Assembly (NCBI GenBank): GCA_031553315.1 | Contig: JAVBLT010000021.1 | Span: 1,082 to 65,081, forward strand | Reading direction: 5' to 3' | Source of the DNA: Kiritimatiellia bacterium | Lineage (GTDB): Bacteria; Verrucomicrobiota; Kiritimatiellia; RFP12; DVOR01 | DNA: 64,000 nucleotides | Part shown: one piece after another, positions 10,521 to 20,102 of the stretch | Layout of the letters: every line of letters begins with the position of its first letter | Numbering within the stretch: the first letter of the stretch is position 1 | Position numbers and translations under genes: made by a program | The notes under the pieces: generated by a model | Told to the model about the DNA's origin: nothing | The model's database searches: none | Seen by the model: only the letters and a program-made list of their open reading frames with translations

Positions 10521-12137
10521 ATGAAAAACAGCGCAGCATTTCTATTTACCGTGATGGCCGGATGCACCCTTGCCGCCCAAGATCCCGCCGTGCAAAAAGA
10601 CCGGGCCCTGCTTGATCGCGCGCAACGCGAAACCTTCAATTACGCCTGGCAGCTCGGCCACCCCGTCTCGGGCATGGTGCCCGAGCGCTGGGCCGAAGGG
10701 CGGAAATCGGACCGCGTGACCACGGGAGGCACAGGCTTCGGCATCGCGGCCATCGTCGCCGGAGCCGAACGCGGCTGGATCACGCGTGCCGACGCCGCCA
10801 CGCGCCTGCTCACCCTCGCCACCTTCCTCCGAGACAAAACAGCCCGTAAAACCCTCCACGGCGCCTTCCCCCACTGGCTCAACGGCCGAACCGGCAAAAC
10901 CATCCGCTTCAGCGAAAAAGACGACGGCGCCGACCTCGTGGAAACCGCCTTCCTCTTCGAAGGCCTCCTCATCGCCCGCGCGTATTTCAATGCGCCAAAC
11001 CCCACGGAAACCAGCCTCCGAGCCATCGTCACCGAGCTCTGGCGCGACGTGGAGTGGAACTTCTTCACCCAAGGCGCCGAAGGCCCCCTCAGCTGGCACT
11101 GGAGCCCGAACCACGGCTTCGCCAAAAACCTCAAAATCACCGGCTACAACGAATCCCTCATCGTCTACGTCCTCGCCGCCGCCTCACCCACCCACCCCAT
11201 TTCCCGTAAAACCTTCGACGCCTGGAACCACACCCCCGGCTACAAAACCCGAAAAGCCTTCGGCTACACCCTCCAAGGCACCCGCCGCCCCGAAGGCGGC
11301 CCCCTCTTCCTCGCCCACTACAGCTTCATCGGCCTCAATCCCTTTCTCATTTCCGATGAATTCGTCTCCAAAGGCTACGGCGTGCGCAACACCACCCAAA
11401 CCCTCGTCAACCGCGCCTACTGCCTCGAAGCCGCACCCAGGGAAAACCGTTATTCCCCCGAATACTGGGGCCTCACCGCCAGCGACATCAAAGGCGGCTA
11501 CACCGCCTCCGCCCCCGACAACGACCGCGCCACCATCGCCCCCACCGCCGCCCTTTCCAGCATCGCCTACACCCCGCTCTACGCCATGCAAGCCCTGCGA
11601 GCCCTCTACCAACGCACCCCCGCCATGCTCGGCCCCTACGGCCCTTACGACGCCTCCAGCCTGCGCGACGCCTGGGTCTCCGAATCCTACATCGCCATCG
11701 ACCAGCTCCCCATCGCCTGCATGATTGAAAACTACCGTTCCGGCCTTCTCTGGCGCCTGCTCATGAGCGACCCCGACGTTCAGCGCGGCCTCGCCCTCGG
11801 CGGCCTGACCCCGCCCGCCCACAAAACCGGCTTCCCCGAAGCCGTGGTCACCCTCAAGCCCTTCAAACGCACCTATAAGCCCGACGCCTTTGAAATCACC
11901 CGCCACCCCGATACCGGCCTCTACGCCATCCCCTACTTCCTCGAAAGCGCCGACCCCGCCACCCTCACCCTCCAAGACCCCGAAGGGAAGACCCTTCTTT
12001 CCGTGACCCCCAAAACCGCCGCCGGCCGCAACCTCCTCACCTTCACCGCCGCCCCCACCCGGCCCACAAACGCCGTCCACACCCTCACCCTGAAAACCGC
12101 CGCCTCCGAACAGACCCTTCCGGTGCGGTTGTATTAA
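10521..12137 (+). CDS. Six-hairpin glycosidase-like lipoprotein (glucoamylase-like / GH144-type beta-glucanase-like, PF10091-like)
   Basis: 538 aa. Lipoprotein signal (VMAGC). TGGTGFGIAAIVAGAERGWI and aromatic-rich (alpha/alpha)6-type patterns. The family assignment is tentative. Confidence 0.55.
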   Translation: MKNSAAFLFTVMAGCTLAAQDPAVQKDRALLDRAQRETFNYAWQLGHPVSGMVPERWAEGRKSDRVTTGGTGFGIAAIVAGAERGWITRADAATRLLTLATFLRDKTARKTLHGAFPHWLNGRTGKTIRFSEKDDGADLVETAFLFEGLLIARAYFNAPNPTETSLRAIVTELWRDVEWNFFTQGAEGPLSWHWSPNHGFAKNLKITGYNESLIVYVLAAASPTHPISRKTFDAWNHTPGYKTRKAFGYTLQGTRRPEGGPLFLAHYSFIGLNPFLISDEFVSKGYGVRNTTQTLVNRAYCLEAAPRENRYSPEYWGLTASDIKGGYTASAPDNDRATIAPTAALSSIAYTPLYAMQALRALYQRTPAMLGPYGPYDASSLRDAWVSESYIAIDQLPIACMIENYRSGLLWRLLMSDPDVQRGLALGGLTPPAHKTGFPEAVVTLKPFKRTYKPDAFEITRHPDTGLYAIPYFLESADPATLTLQDPEGKTLLSVTPKTAAGRNLLTFTAAPTRPTNAVHTLTLKTAASEQTLPVRLY

Positions 12138-12157
12138 AACAGAAAGAGGAAATTGCC

Positions 12158-12946
12158 ATGCACCCCCCCAAAAAAACCATTGACCGTTTTTTGCGAGTTG
12201 AAACCGACCGCGAAACCTTTTTCGCTTTGCCGGTGGAGATGGAGGGTGGTTTATTTGTGGTGATGCCGCTTGAAAAGGCGCTGGGCATCAACGAATTCCG
12301 ATTCACTCGCGCTTCGGGCGGCGACCTCGTCGCCTTTGGCGTGCCGCAGATTCCCGTTGACGGTATCACCACGTTAATCCGTTTTCCCGTCACGGAAAAG
12401 AATCTCGATTATTGGCGCATGGCGGAGTGCAAAGAAGGGTCATTTATTTTCGACCGCGATGAAGAGGGGAATACCACGCAAAATTCCTCTGACGTCCCGG
12501 AACAATCGATTGGGTTTTTCACTGTTGGCGGCAAACTCGCGGGAGTAGTCTCGAGTTTTCCGAAATTCTACCCTTCACGGAAAGAGGCGGAAGAAGTTTT
12601 CTTGATTGGCGGAGCCGACAGTCCCACTGCGATTTGGGTAACTCGCGGAGAGGGCAATTGGTTTATCCGGCTCATTGATCCGCTGATAAAGGCAATGATG
12701 CCGCTGATTGAAAAATTCATGCTGTGGTGCGAGAAGCGTCAGGCCAAGCGCCCTGTTGTCGAGGCTTGGCCGTTTTGGATACATTTTGACAATTTGGTCT
12801 GGCAAAACATTGACCCGGTGATTCTCCAGGAACACGGCGCGTTGCTCAGCAAGATTATGGCAGGCAAACGCCCCAACCTTCCGCCGGATGATTGGGGTCA
12901 CCCGGCGTTTGAGGGCATTTACAAAAGTTTTTCCGGAAAAAGGTGA
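12158..12946 (+). CDS. Hypothetical protein (low-GC, likely horizontally acquired)
   Basis: 262 aa. GC content is visibly lower than its surroundings. No recognisable motif. Confidence 0.5.
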   Translation: MHPPKKTIDRFLRVETDRETFFALPVEMEGGLFVVMPLEKALGINEFRFTRASGGDLVAFGVPQIPVDGITTLIRFPVTEKNLDYWRMAECKEGSFIFDRDEEGNTTQNSSDVPEQSIGFFTVGGKLAGVVSSFPKFYPSRKEAEEVFLIGGADSPTAIWVTRGEGNWFIRLIDPLIKAMMPLIEKFMLWCEKRQAKRPVVEAWPFWIHFDNLVWQNIDPVILQEHGALLSKIMAGKRPNLPPDDWGHPAFEGIYKSFSGKR

Positions 12947-13010
12947 ATGTTCCGGAGGCGTTGCTCAAGGGAAGGTCGAACTTCCAGAAGTGCTCGCCTT
13001 GGGCGTGTTG
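12947..13010 (-). pseudogene. Remnant 3' fragment of a third GH36 paralog
   Basis: ggcgagcacttctggaagttcgaccttccc on the minus strand encodes GEHFWKFDLPLS. That matches the C-terminus of the 13619..15649 gene (GEHFWKFDLPVS) and its stop-proximal sequence over about 65 nt. No upstream ORF continues it. Confidence 0.45.
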
Positions 13011-13045
13011 ACACTAACGAAAACCAATCATAATGATAGAGCCGA

Positions 13046-13561
13046 CTATTCTTTTTCGGGAATAGAGGGGATGAGGGCTTCGGCAACCGGCTTGGCCGGG
13101 AGGGGCGCAGCAATCGCGCCGGAAGAGGCTTCGGCAACCGTGTTGGTGGAAGGGGGTTCCGCCTGCCAGGTCTGGTTGCGGCCAAAGAAGCCGATCTTAC
13201 CGCGGACTGTGAGAGACCCTTCTTTGTTTTTCCAAATCTCACAGGTGTAAATTTTACCTTTTTTGGGATCTAAAATTTTTCCGCCGGTAAATTTTTCGCC
13301 GGTGTCTTTCATGTTCCAGATAATATCCAACCCGTTGATCTTGGGGTTTCCCTTGATGCCTTTGGCGGTGGTGTCGGGATTTTTGAAAAGCTTGACAACT
13401 CGACCGTAGTAGAGCCCTTGATGTTCATAAATGCGCACCAGGCTTTTGCTTTCGCCGGTTTCGTCGTCAATGGTTTTCCAAACGCCGGTTATCGGCTCGG
13501 CGGAAAAAGAGACTGCGGTGCTTAAAAATAAACACAATGAAGCCAAAATGAATTTTTTCAT
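13046..13561 (-). CDS. DUF2147 domain-containing secreted protein
   Basis: 171 aa from ATG 13561 (MKKFILASLCLFLS signal). GVWKTIDDETGESKSLVRIYE...KGKIYTCEIWK...LTVRGKIGFFGRNQTWQ matches the DUF2147 consensus. Low GC. Confidence 0.7.
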   Translation of the reverse strand: MKKFILASLCLFLSTAVSFSAEPITGVWKTIDDETGESKSLVRIYEHQGLYYGRVVKLFKNPDTTAKGIKGNPKINGLDIIWNMKDTGEKFTGGKILDPKKGKIYTCEIWKNKEGSLTVRGKIGFFGRNQTWQAEPPSTNTVAEASSGAIAAPLPAKPVAEALIPSIPEKE

Positions 13562-13618
13562 GAGTTTCTCCTTGGCGGGGAGATTACTCCTTTCGGGAAT
13601 CATTTTCAAGGTGATTTT

Positions 13619-15649
13619 TTATCGGATAAAGGTCCAGCTTCCGGGGGCGTCGCTCACGGGAAGGTCGAACTTCCAGAAGTGTTCGCCCAAATCAACCGCT
13701 TCGGGACCGCGGCCTTCAAGGCGCGGTTTTTCTTTCGACCAGATCACGAGGGGGCCGCTTTCGGCAAGGGTGAGGGTGAGGCGGTTGCCGCTGGTTTTAA
13801 TGGCGGCGACGAGGTTGGAGGTGAGGTATTTGTCGGAGCGGCCGACGACGGCCCAGCCGTTTTGAACGGGCGCGAGGATGAAGAGGCGGTCGCTGAAGGC
13901 GGGAAGCTCGAAGGCGGAGACGCTGCCTTCGCTCAGCATGGGGCAGCCGCGCTGGGCGGTCTGGTCGAAGAGGGCGACTTCTTTGGGCGCGGCGGGTTTT
14001 TCGGCGAGATAGGCGAAGGCGTCGGCATAATCGCGCAGGCGGATTTCGGCGGTGACGCTCGCCTTGCGGGGGGCGAGGAGGTTGTAGGCGCAGAGAGCGG
14101 CGGCGCCGTGGGGCAGCGGGGCGGCCACGCGGTAGGGCTTGGCTTCGTTGAGGGGGTCGATGAAGATGGAATCGGGCAGCGGCACGCCGGCATGGAGGGG
14201 GCGGAGGATTTTACCGTCGTGAGCCACGATGGGCATCACGAGGGAGGCGTCGATGGCGCGGGGGGCGTCGGAGAGGTACACGGCGGCGCGGGAGAGGGCT
14301 TTTGAGCGGGCCATCATGCCGCCGCAGAAGGGGTCGGAGGAGTGGAACATGTCGTGGTCGGGCTGGAGGGTGAGGGCGAGCCAGAGGGCGTTGTGGTAGG
14401 ATTGCCAGAGGTGGGAGCGGGCGAAGTCGGCATTGTTGAGCTGGTAATCGATGGAGCAGCGCATGGAGGCGCTGTAGGTGGCGAAGAAGGGCATCACGCC
14501 GCCCATGGCCATGCAGTTCATGAGGTCGATGTCGGCGGTGCGGCAGGCTTGCTCGAGGGCCTGGGTCATCCAGACGTTGCGGCTGACGGCCTGGGGCTGG
14601 CCTTGGATTTTCTCGAGGTACTGGCATTGGGCGTCGATCTTGAGGAAATCGAAACCGTAGCCTTTCATGGTGCCGACGAGGTGGTCGAAGTAGGTCTGGG
14701 CGTCGGCGCGGGTTTTGCCGGGGTAGATCCAGGTGATGTCTTTGCCGTCGTGTTTTCCGTGGATCTGGAAGAGGCTGTCCTGGACGTTTTTGGGGAGGGT
14801 GTTGTCGGTGGAGATGCCGTTCCAGTAGCCGTAGTAGGCGTGCCAGGCGCCGAACCAGCGGAGTTTGTCGGAGCGCTCGGCCATCAGGCGCTTCCAGTTT
14901 GTGGGGAAGGCGTCGGGCTTGGGGGCCACGGTGAGGAGGCGGCCGAAATTGTTCTGCTGGTGGAAGCCGTCGTCGACCAGCATCCAGCGGATGGGGATGG
15001 GCGAGGCTTTGAGGGCGCGGGCGGCGTCGGAGAGGATCCATTCGTTGATGTTCTGCTTGTATTGCTCCCAGCTGCACCAGCCGAGGTATTGGAACATTTC
15101 GGGGTCTTTTTTCTCGGTGAGCGGGCGGAAGGAGCCTTTGAGCCACGGCAGGTTCATGGCCTGGCTCACGGCGGATTGCACGGCGGCGTAGGCGGAATCG
15201 GCGCTTTTGCCGACCACGTAGCGGGGCGTTATGCCGGCGGCGTCTTTCCCGTCGAAGGCGGCGGCTTCCACGGTGAAACCGGTTGTTTCGCTGAGTTTGA
15301 CCCAGGAGAGGTGCCAATCGCCGTTGCCGGCTTGAAAGGGCACGGGGTAGATGGCGGCGTAGGAGCCGTCTTTGTAACGGAAGATCACGAGCGAGAGCTC
15401 GTCGTCGGGCGGCGGGAGCTGGGGCACCTTGAACATGGTGGAGTAAATCGGGTTGGAACGGATCTTGAGCGCCTTGGCGGGGTTGTCGCCGCCGGTGACC
15501 CACGGAAGCGTGCGGTTGCCCTGGGAGGGGAAACGGTTGGCTTCGGAGGTGAAGAAGCAGACGTTTTCGATGGAGGCGGTGAGGTCTTCGGGCAGGGGCG
15601 CGGCGAAGGCGGGGGCGGCGAGAAGGGCGATCAGAAGGGCTCGTTTCAT
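13619..15649 (-). CDS. Glycoside hydrolase family 36 protein (raffinose-synthase/Sip1-like alpha-galactosidase family), secreted
   Basis: 676 aa with a signal peptide. GWCSWEQY, RWMLVDDGF, KIDAQC and CMAMGG are typical of PF05691/GH36. Confidence 0.8.
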   Translation of the reverse strand: MKRALLIALLAAPAFAAPLPEDLTASIENVCFFTSEANRFPSQGNRTLPWVTGGDNPAKALKIRSNPIYSTMFKVPQLPPPDDELSLVIFRYKDGSYAAIYPVPFQAGNGDWHLSWVKLSETTGFTVEAAAFDGKDAAGITPRYVVGKSADSAYAAVQSAVSQAMNLPWLKGSFRPLTEKKDPEMFQYLGWCSWEQYKQNINEWILSDAARALKASPIPIRWMLVDDGFHQQNNFGRLLTVAPKPDAFPTNWKRLMAERSDKLRWFGAWHAYYGYWNGISTDNTLPKNVQDSLFQIHGKHDGKDITWIYPGKTRADAQTYFDHLVGTMKGYGFDFLKIDAQCQYLEKIQGQPQAVSRNVWMTQALEQACRTADIDLMNCMAMGGVMPFFATYSASMRCSIDYQLNNADFARSHLWQSYHNALWLALTLQPDHDMFHSSDPFCGGMMARSKALSRAAVYLSDAPRAIDASLVMPIVAHDGKILRPLHAGVPLPDSIFIDPLNEAKPYRVAAPLPHGAAALCAYNLLAPRKASVTAEIRLRDYADAFAYLAEKPAAPKEVALFDQTAQRGCPMLSEGSVSAFELPAFSDRLFILAPVQNGWAVVGRSDKYLTSNLVAAIKTSGNRLTLTLAESGPLVIWSKEKPRLEGRGPEAVDLGEHFWKFDLPVSDAPGSWTFIR

Positions 15650-15658
15650 GGCATTCCT

Positions 15659-17653
15659 TTAACGGTTGAAGGTACAGGCAACGGGTTTATCGGTCACGGG
15701 CAGGTCGAATTTCCAGAAACCTGCGCCCAGGTCGAGGGCTTCGACGCCTTTAAGAGCGGGTTTCTTTTTTGACCAAATCACGAGCGGACCGCTTTCGGCA
15801 AGGGTCAGGGTGAGGCTTTTCGCATCGGTTTTGATAGCGGAAACCATGCAGGGGGCGAGGTATTTGTCGGCGCGGCCAATCACGCCCCACCCGGCGCGGA
15901 CGGGGGCAAGAATGAAGAGGCGGTCGCTGAAGGCCGGCAGCTCGCACGCAAACGAGGCGGTCAGCACGGATCCCGCTTGCGCGGTTGGGTCGAAAAGGGC
16001 GATTTCTTTGGGCTGCGGGGGCTTTTGGGGGAGAAAGGCGAAGGCGTCGGCATAATCGGCGAGGGTGATGCGCGCTCCGACGCTCTCCTTTTCGGGCGCG
16101 AGGAGGTTGTAGAGGCAGATGGCGGCTGAATCGTTGGCGAGGGGCGCCGCCACGCGGTAGGGTTTGGCTTCGTTGAGGGGGTCGATGAAGACGGAATCGG
16201 GCAGCGGCACGCCGGCATGGAGGGGGCGGAGCAATTTGCCGTCGCTCGCTACGAGCGGCATGATGAGGGCGGGGTTCATGCCGGAGGGGCCGTCGGAGAT
16301 ATACACGGGGCCGCCGGAGAGGGCTTTGGAGCGGGCCATCATGCCGCCGCAGAGTTTGTCGGAAGAGTGAAACATGTCGTGATCGGGCTGGAGGCTCATG
16401 CCGAGCCAGAGGGCGTTGTGATAGGATTGCCAGAGGTGGGATCGGGCCATGTCGGCATTGTTGAGCTGGTAATCGATGGAGCAGCGCATGGAGGCGCTGG
16501 CGCGGGTGAAGAAGTGCATCACGCCGCCCATGGCCATGCAGTTCATGAGGTCGACGCCGGTTTTGAGGCAGGCTTCTTCAAGAGCCTGGGTGAGCCAGAC
16601 GTTGCGGCTGACGGCCTGGGGCTGGCCCTGGATTTTATCGAGATACTGGCACTGCACGTCGATCTTCGCGAAGTCGAACCCGTACCCTTTGAGCGATCCG
16701 ATGAGGGCGTCGAAATAAACCTGGGCGCCGGCGCGGGTCGAGGCGGGGTAGAGCCAGGTTTTGCCGTCTTGGTTGGCGATGGTGAAGAGGGCTTCCCGCA
16801 CGGCTTCGGGGAGGTCGTTTTCGGCGGAGATGGCATTCCAGTAGCCATAGTAGGCGTGCCAGGCGCCGAACCAGCGGAGCTTTTCGCTGCGCTCGGCCAT
16901 GAGGGGTTTCCAGGCGCCGGGGAAGGTATCGGGGCGGGGGGCGAGGCTCTGGAGGCGATCCCAGTTGTGGCGCTGCTGGAAGCCGTCGTCCACGAGCATC
17001 CAGCGGATGGGCACGGGAGAGGCCTTGAGCTTTCTGGCCACATCGACGAGTTTCTTCTCGCTGATGTCTTTCTTGTATTGCTCCCAGCTGCACCAGCCCA
17101 GGTAGCGGAACATTTCGGGGTCTTTCTTTTCGCCGAGCGGCCGGTAGGATCCTTTGAGCCACGGCAGATTCATCGCCTGAGCGATGGCCGACTGCACGGC
17201 GCCGTAAAGCGAATCGCTTTTTCCGACCACATAGCGCGGTTCGGCGGCGGCGGGTTTGCCGTCGAAAGCGCCGGCCTCCGCGGTAAATCCGTTTTTTTCA
17301 CTGAGCCGCACCCATGAAAGAAACCAGTCGCCGTTTTCCGCCTGAAAAGGCACGGGGTAAACCGCCGCGAAGGAACCGTTTTTGTAACGGAAAAGCACCA
17401 GTGAAAGCTCATCGTCGGGCGGCGGGATCCGGTAGCCCTGGAAGTGGTGAATGGGGTTGGAGGCAATCTTCAGCGCTTTGGCGGGGTTCTCGCCCGTGGT
17501 GACCCACGGCAGCAGGCGGTTGCCCTGAGAGGGATAGCGCCCCCCCTCGGAGGTGAAGAAGCAGACTTTGTCGACCCCGGCGGTGACGGTTTCAGGCAGA
17601 GGCGCCGCGAAGACGGGAACGGCAAGAAGAGCGGCGATCAGGATTTTTTTCAT
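15659..17653 (-). CDS. Glycoside hydrolase family 36 protein, tandem paralog of 13619..15649
   Basis: 664 aa from ATG 17653 (MKKILIAALLAVPVFA). Colinear with the downstream copy at high similarity. Similarity is also visible at DNA level: the track shows matching spurious ORFs in both copies. Confidence 0.8.
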   Translation of the reverse strand: MKKILIAALLAVPVFAAPLPETVTAGVDKVCFFTSEGGRYPSQGNRLLPWVTTGENPAKALKIASNPIHHFQGYRIPPPDDELSLVLFRYKNGSFAAVYPVPFQAENGDWFLSWVRLSEKNGFTAEAGAFDGKPAAAEPRYVVGKSDSLYGAVQSAIAQAMNLPWLKGSYRPLGEKKDPEMFRYLGWCSWEQYKKDISEKKLVDVARKLKASPVPIRWMLVDDGFQQRHNWDRLQSLAPRPDTFPGAWKPLMAERSEKLRWFGAWHAYYGYWNAISAENDLPEAVREALFTIANQDGKTWLYPASTRAGAQVYFDALIGSLKGYGFDFAKIDVQCQYLDKIQGQPQAVSRNVWLTQALEEACLKTGVDLMNCMAMGGVMHFFTRASASMRCSIDYQLNNADMARSHLWQSYHNALWLGMSLQPDHDMFHSSDKLCGGMMARSKALSGGPVYISDGPSGMNPALIMPLVASDGKLLRPLHAGVPLPDSVFIDPLNEAKPYRVAAPLANDSAAICLYNLLAPEKESVGARITLADYADAFAFLPQKPPQPKEIALFDPTAQAGSVLTASFACELPAFSDRLFILAPVRAGWGVIGRADKYLAPCMVSAIKTDAKSLTLTLAESGPLVIWSKKKPALKGVEALDLGAGFWKFDLPVTDKPVACTFNR

Positions 17654-17661
17654 GCGTTTTC

Positions 17662-17838
17662 TCAGGCAAGTGCAAGCGTGGCGGTTTCTCCGCGAACGCC
17701 CGAGAGCGTGCGGGTGAAGGTTTCGGCGTATTCCGGCAGAGGAATGTGGAAAATCACCGGATCCGAAGATTCGCCCCGCACCGCCACCGCGGCGGCGCCA
17801 AAAGCGAACGATGTTAAGAAAGCGCGTCTGTTCCGCAT
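17662..17838 (-). CDS. Small ORF with a twin-arginine-like signal (MRNRRAFLTSFAFGAAAVA); possible gene remnant
   Basis: 58 aa. A GAGGAA RBS sits 6 nt upstream. It ends 9 nt before the GH36 start. Possibly the N-terminal remnant of a displaced gene. Confidence 0.25.
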   Translation of the reverse strand: MRNRRAFLTSFAFGAAAVAVRGESSDPVIFHIPLPEYAETFTRTLSGVRGETATLALA

Positions 17839-17955
17839 CACACAATTCCTCTCTTGGAAGGCAGTATAACCGTCGGCGCTTCCCTCAGGCAAGCGTGAAT
17901 GCACCCCCGCGCCTTTTCATGCCGCCTGCGGTAAGCGGCTCCCCCAAAACCTGCT

Positions 17956-19779
17956 CTACCCGAGGACGTCGAGAGCCACGCGGGTTTGCCCCAGAGGGGC
18001 GGAGACCTGAAAGCCTTGGACGGCACCGGCCACGGCATCGCGAATTTCGCGGGCGATGGCAATGCCGCAGGCAATGCCTTCCTCACGGGTCTCGCAGGCG
18101 GCCATGCGCGAGAGAATGGCCGGTGGAACGGATACGCCGGGAACGTGGCGGTTCATGAAATCGGCGTTTTTAAAGGAAAGCAGGGGGTAAAGGCCGGCAA
18201 TGAGGGGAATGGTGTGGCCGGCGGCGCGCACGCGGGAAACAAAGCGCAGGAGGGCATCGGGATCGAACACGGGCTGGGTGATGGCGTATTCCGCGCCGGC
18301 GGCGATTTTGCGCAGAAAAAGGGCAAATTCGTGCTCGAGGTCGATGGCGGCGGGGTTGGCGCCCACGCCCATGACAAGGGAGGCGCGGGCTTTGAGGGGC
18401 TGGCCGGCGGCGTCGCGGCCGCGGTTGAGGTTGGCGGCAAGGCGAACAAGGCCGGTGGCGTCGAGATCAAAGACGCCGGTGGCATCGGGGTAATTGCCGA
18501 GCTTGGGGGGATCGCCGGTGATGAAGAGCCAGTTTTTCAAGCCGGTGGCGTCGCCGCCGAGGAGGTCGGATTGAAGGGCAATGAGGTTTTTGTCGCGGCA
18601 GCAGAGGTGGGGAACGGGTTCGATGGCGGTGGCGCCGAGCATGGCGGCGGCGGTGGCGAAGACGCTGAGGCGGGGGCTGGCGCGGGGACCGTCGGGCAGG
18701 TTGACGACGTCGACGCCGGCGGCTTCGCAGAGGCGGCATTTTTCAAGAAACTCGGGCAGGCCTGCGCCGGTCTGCGGGGGGAGCATTTCAACGGAGGTCA
18801 CGCGTTTTCCGGCGGCGAGGGCGGCGCCGAAGCGCGATTTTTCGGCGAGGGGCACGGGGGGAGGCTCGCCCGCGGGATCGGCGACGGCTTCGACGCTGAG
18901 AAACTGTTTAATCCCTTGCACGCCTGAGAGCGTGCGGGCGAGGAGCCCGATGTGGGCGGGGGTGGCGCCGCAACAGCCGCCGACGCCGCGCACGCCCATT
19001 TCAATGTATTTTTTGGCGTATTCGGTGAAGTATTCGGGGGTGTTGAGGTTGAGCATGCGCCCGCCGATCTCCTGAATGCCGCCGGCGTTGGGCATGACGA
19101 TGACGGGTTTGGCGGTGTGGGCAAGGAGTATGGCCAGGGGGGTGAGCATCTGGGCGGGGTCGCACCCGCAGTTGATGCCGATGATGCTGACGGCGGGCGA
19201 GGCGGCGAGGCGCAGGGAGGCGAGGCGGATGGTTTCGGGGGCGGCGGCGGGGTGGAAGGCGTGGGAGGCGATAACGGTGAGGCCCAGGCCGGCGGCCTCT
19301 TCGGCGGCGAGGAGGAGCTGGTCGGTATCGTAAAAGGTTTCGAGGATGACGGCGTCGACAGGGCTCCGGGCAAAGGTTTCGAGCTGTTCGCGAAAGGCGG
19401 CGCGGATGGCTTCGCGGTTGGCGGGGGTCATGCGCTCGGCTTCGTCGAGGCAAGGCCCCACGGAGGCGACCACATAGGCGGAATCGCCGGCGACGCTCCG
19501 GGCGATTTCCACGGCCCGAGTGTTGATGGCCGCCACGCGATCACCGAGGCCGTAGGCTTTCAGGCGGAGGCGGTTGGCGCCGAAGGTGTTGGTTTCGAGC
19601 ACTTCGGCGCCGGCATCGAAGTAAGCGCGGTGGATATCGGCGATCAGCTCGGGGCGGGTGAGGCAAAGTTCATCGAAACAGGTGTTGACGAAGACGCCTT
19701 TCTGGCAGATCATGGATCCCATGGCGCCGTCGAAGATCAGCGGGCGGTTCCGGAGGCGGCTTAAAAAGGGTTCGGTCAT
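17956..19779 (-). CDS. Bifunctional homocysteine S-methyltransferase / 5,10-methylenetetrahydrofolate reductase (YitJ-like fusion)
   Basis: 607 aa. The N-terminal Hcy-binding domain (GINCGCDP, GGCCG) is fused to a C-terminal MTHFR domain (MetF-like). Confidence 0.85.
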   Translation of the reverse strand: MTEPFLSRLRNRPLIFDGAMGSMICQKGVFVNTCFDELCLTRPELIADIHRAYFDAGAEVLETNTFGANRLRLKAYGLGDRVAAINTRAVEIARSVAGDSAYVVASVGPCLDEAERMTPANREAIRAAFREQLETFARSPVDAVILETFYDTDQLLLAAEEAAGLGLTVIASHAFHPAAAPETIRLASLRLAASPAVSIIGINCGCDPAQMLTPLAILLAHTAKPVIVMPNAGGIQEIGGRMLNLNTPEYFTEYAKKYIEMGVRGVGGCCGATPAHIGLLARTLSGVQGIKQFLSVEAVADPAGEPPPVPLAEKSRFGAALAAGKRVTSVEMLPPQTGAGLPEFLEKCRLCEAAGVDVVNLPDGPRASPRLSVFATAAAMLGATAIEPVPHLCCRDKNLIALQSDLLGGDATGLKNWLFITGDPPKLGNYPDATGVFDLDATGLVRLAANLNRGRDAAGQPLKARASLVMGVGANPAAIDLEHEFALFLRKIAAGAEYAITQPVFDPDALLRFVSRVRAAGHTIPLIAGLYPLLSFKNADFMNRHVPGVSVPPAILSRMAACETREEGIACGIAIAREIRDAVAGAVQGFQVSAPLGQTRVALDVLG

Positions 19780-20102
19780 TGGAAAAACTCCTCGGCCGGG
19801 TCAAGGGCGCCGGAGGCTTCGAGGTCGGCAAGCGCCTGCTCGGCGGGGGTGAGATGTTTTTTCTTTTGGTTGCAGGCCAGGCAGGCGGGAACCGCATTGC
19901 CCCGGGTGCTGTTCCCGCCGCGGGCCACGGGTATCACGTGATCCATGGTCAGCTCTTCGGGGGAAAAGGCGCCGCCGCAGTAATGGCAGGTGCCGCGCCG
20001 GAGCTGTTCCCGCCACCAGGCGGAGGCGCGCAGCTCGCGGGCTTTGCGGCGTTCGCGGGAAATGTGGGCGGCATCGGCCTGAATATCGATCCAGTCGCTC
20101 AT
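19776..20102 (-). CDS. Stand-alone HNH endonuclease
   Basis: 108 aa from ATG 20102. CHYCGG...DHVIPVARGG...N...CLACN is an HNH zinc-finger motif. Overlaps both neighbours by 4 nt. Confidence 0.7.
   Translation of the reverse strand: MSDWIDIQADAAHISRERRKARELRASAWWREQLRRGTCHYCGGAFSPEELTMDHVIPVARGGNSTRGNAVPACLACNQKKKHLTPAEQALADLEASGALDPAEEFFQ

Noticed and set aside
14211-15503. 430-aa Arg/Pro-rich ORF in an alternate frame of the GH36 gene, plus similar R/P-rich ORFs at 16635..17162, 36217..37167, 50543..52639, 53176..55485 and 56102..57088
   Set aside because: Extreme Arg/Pro/His composition is characteristic of out-of-frame translation of GC-rich coding DNA. Each overlaps a well-supported gene.
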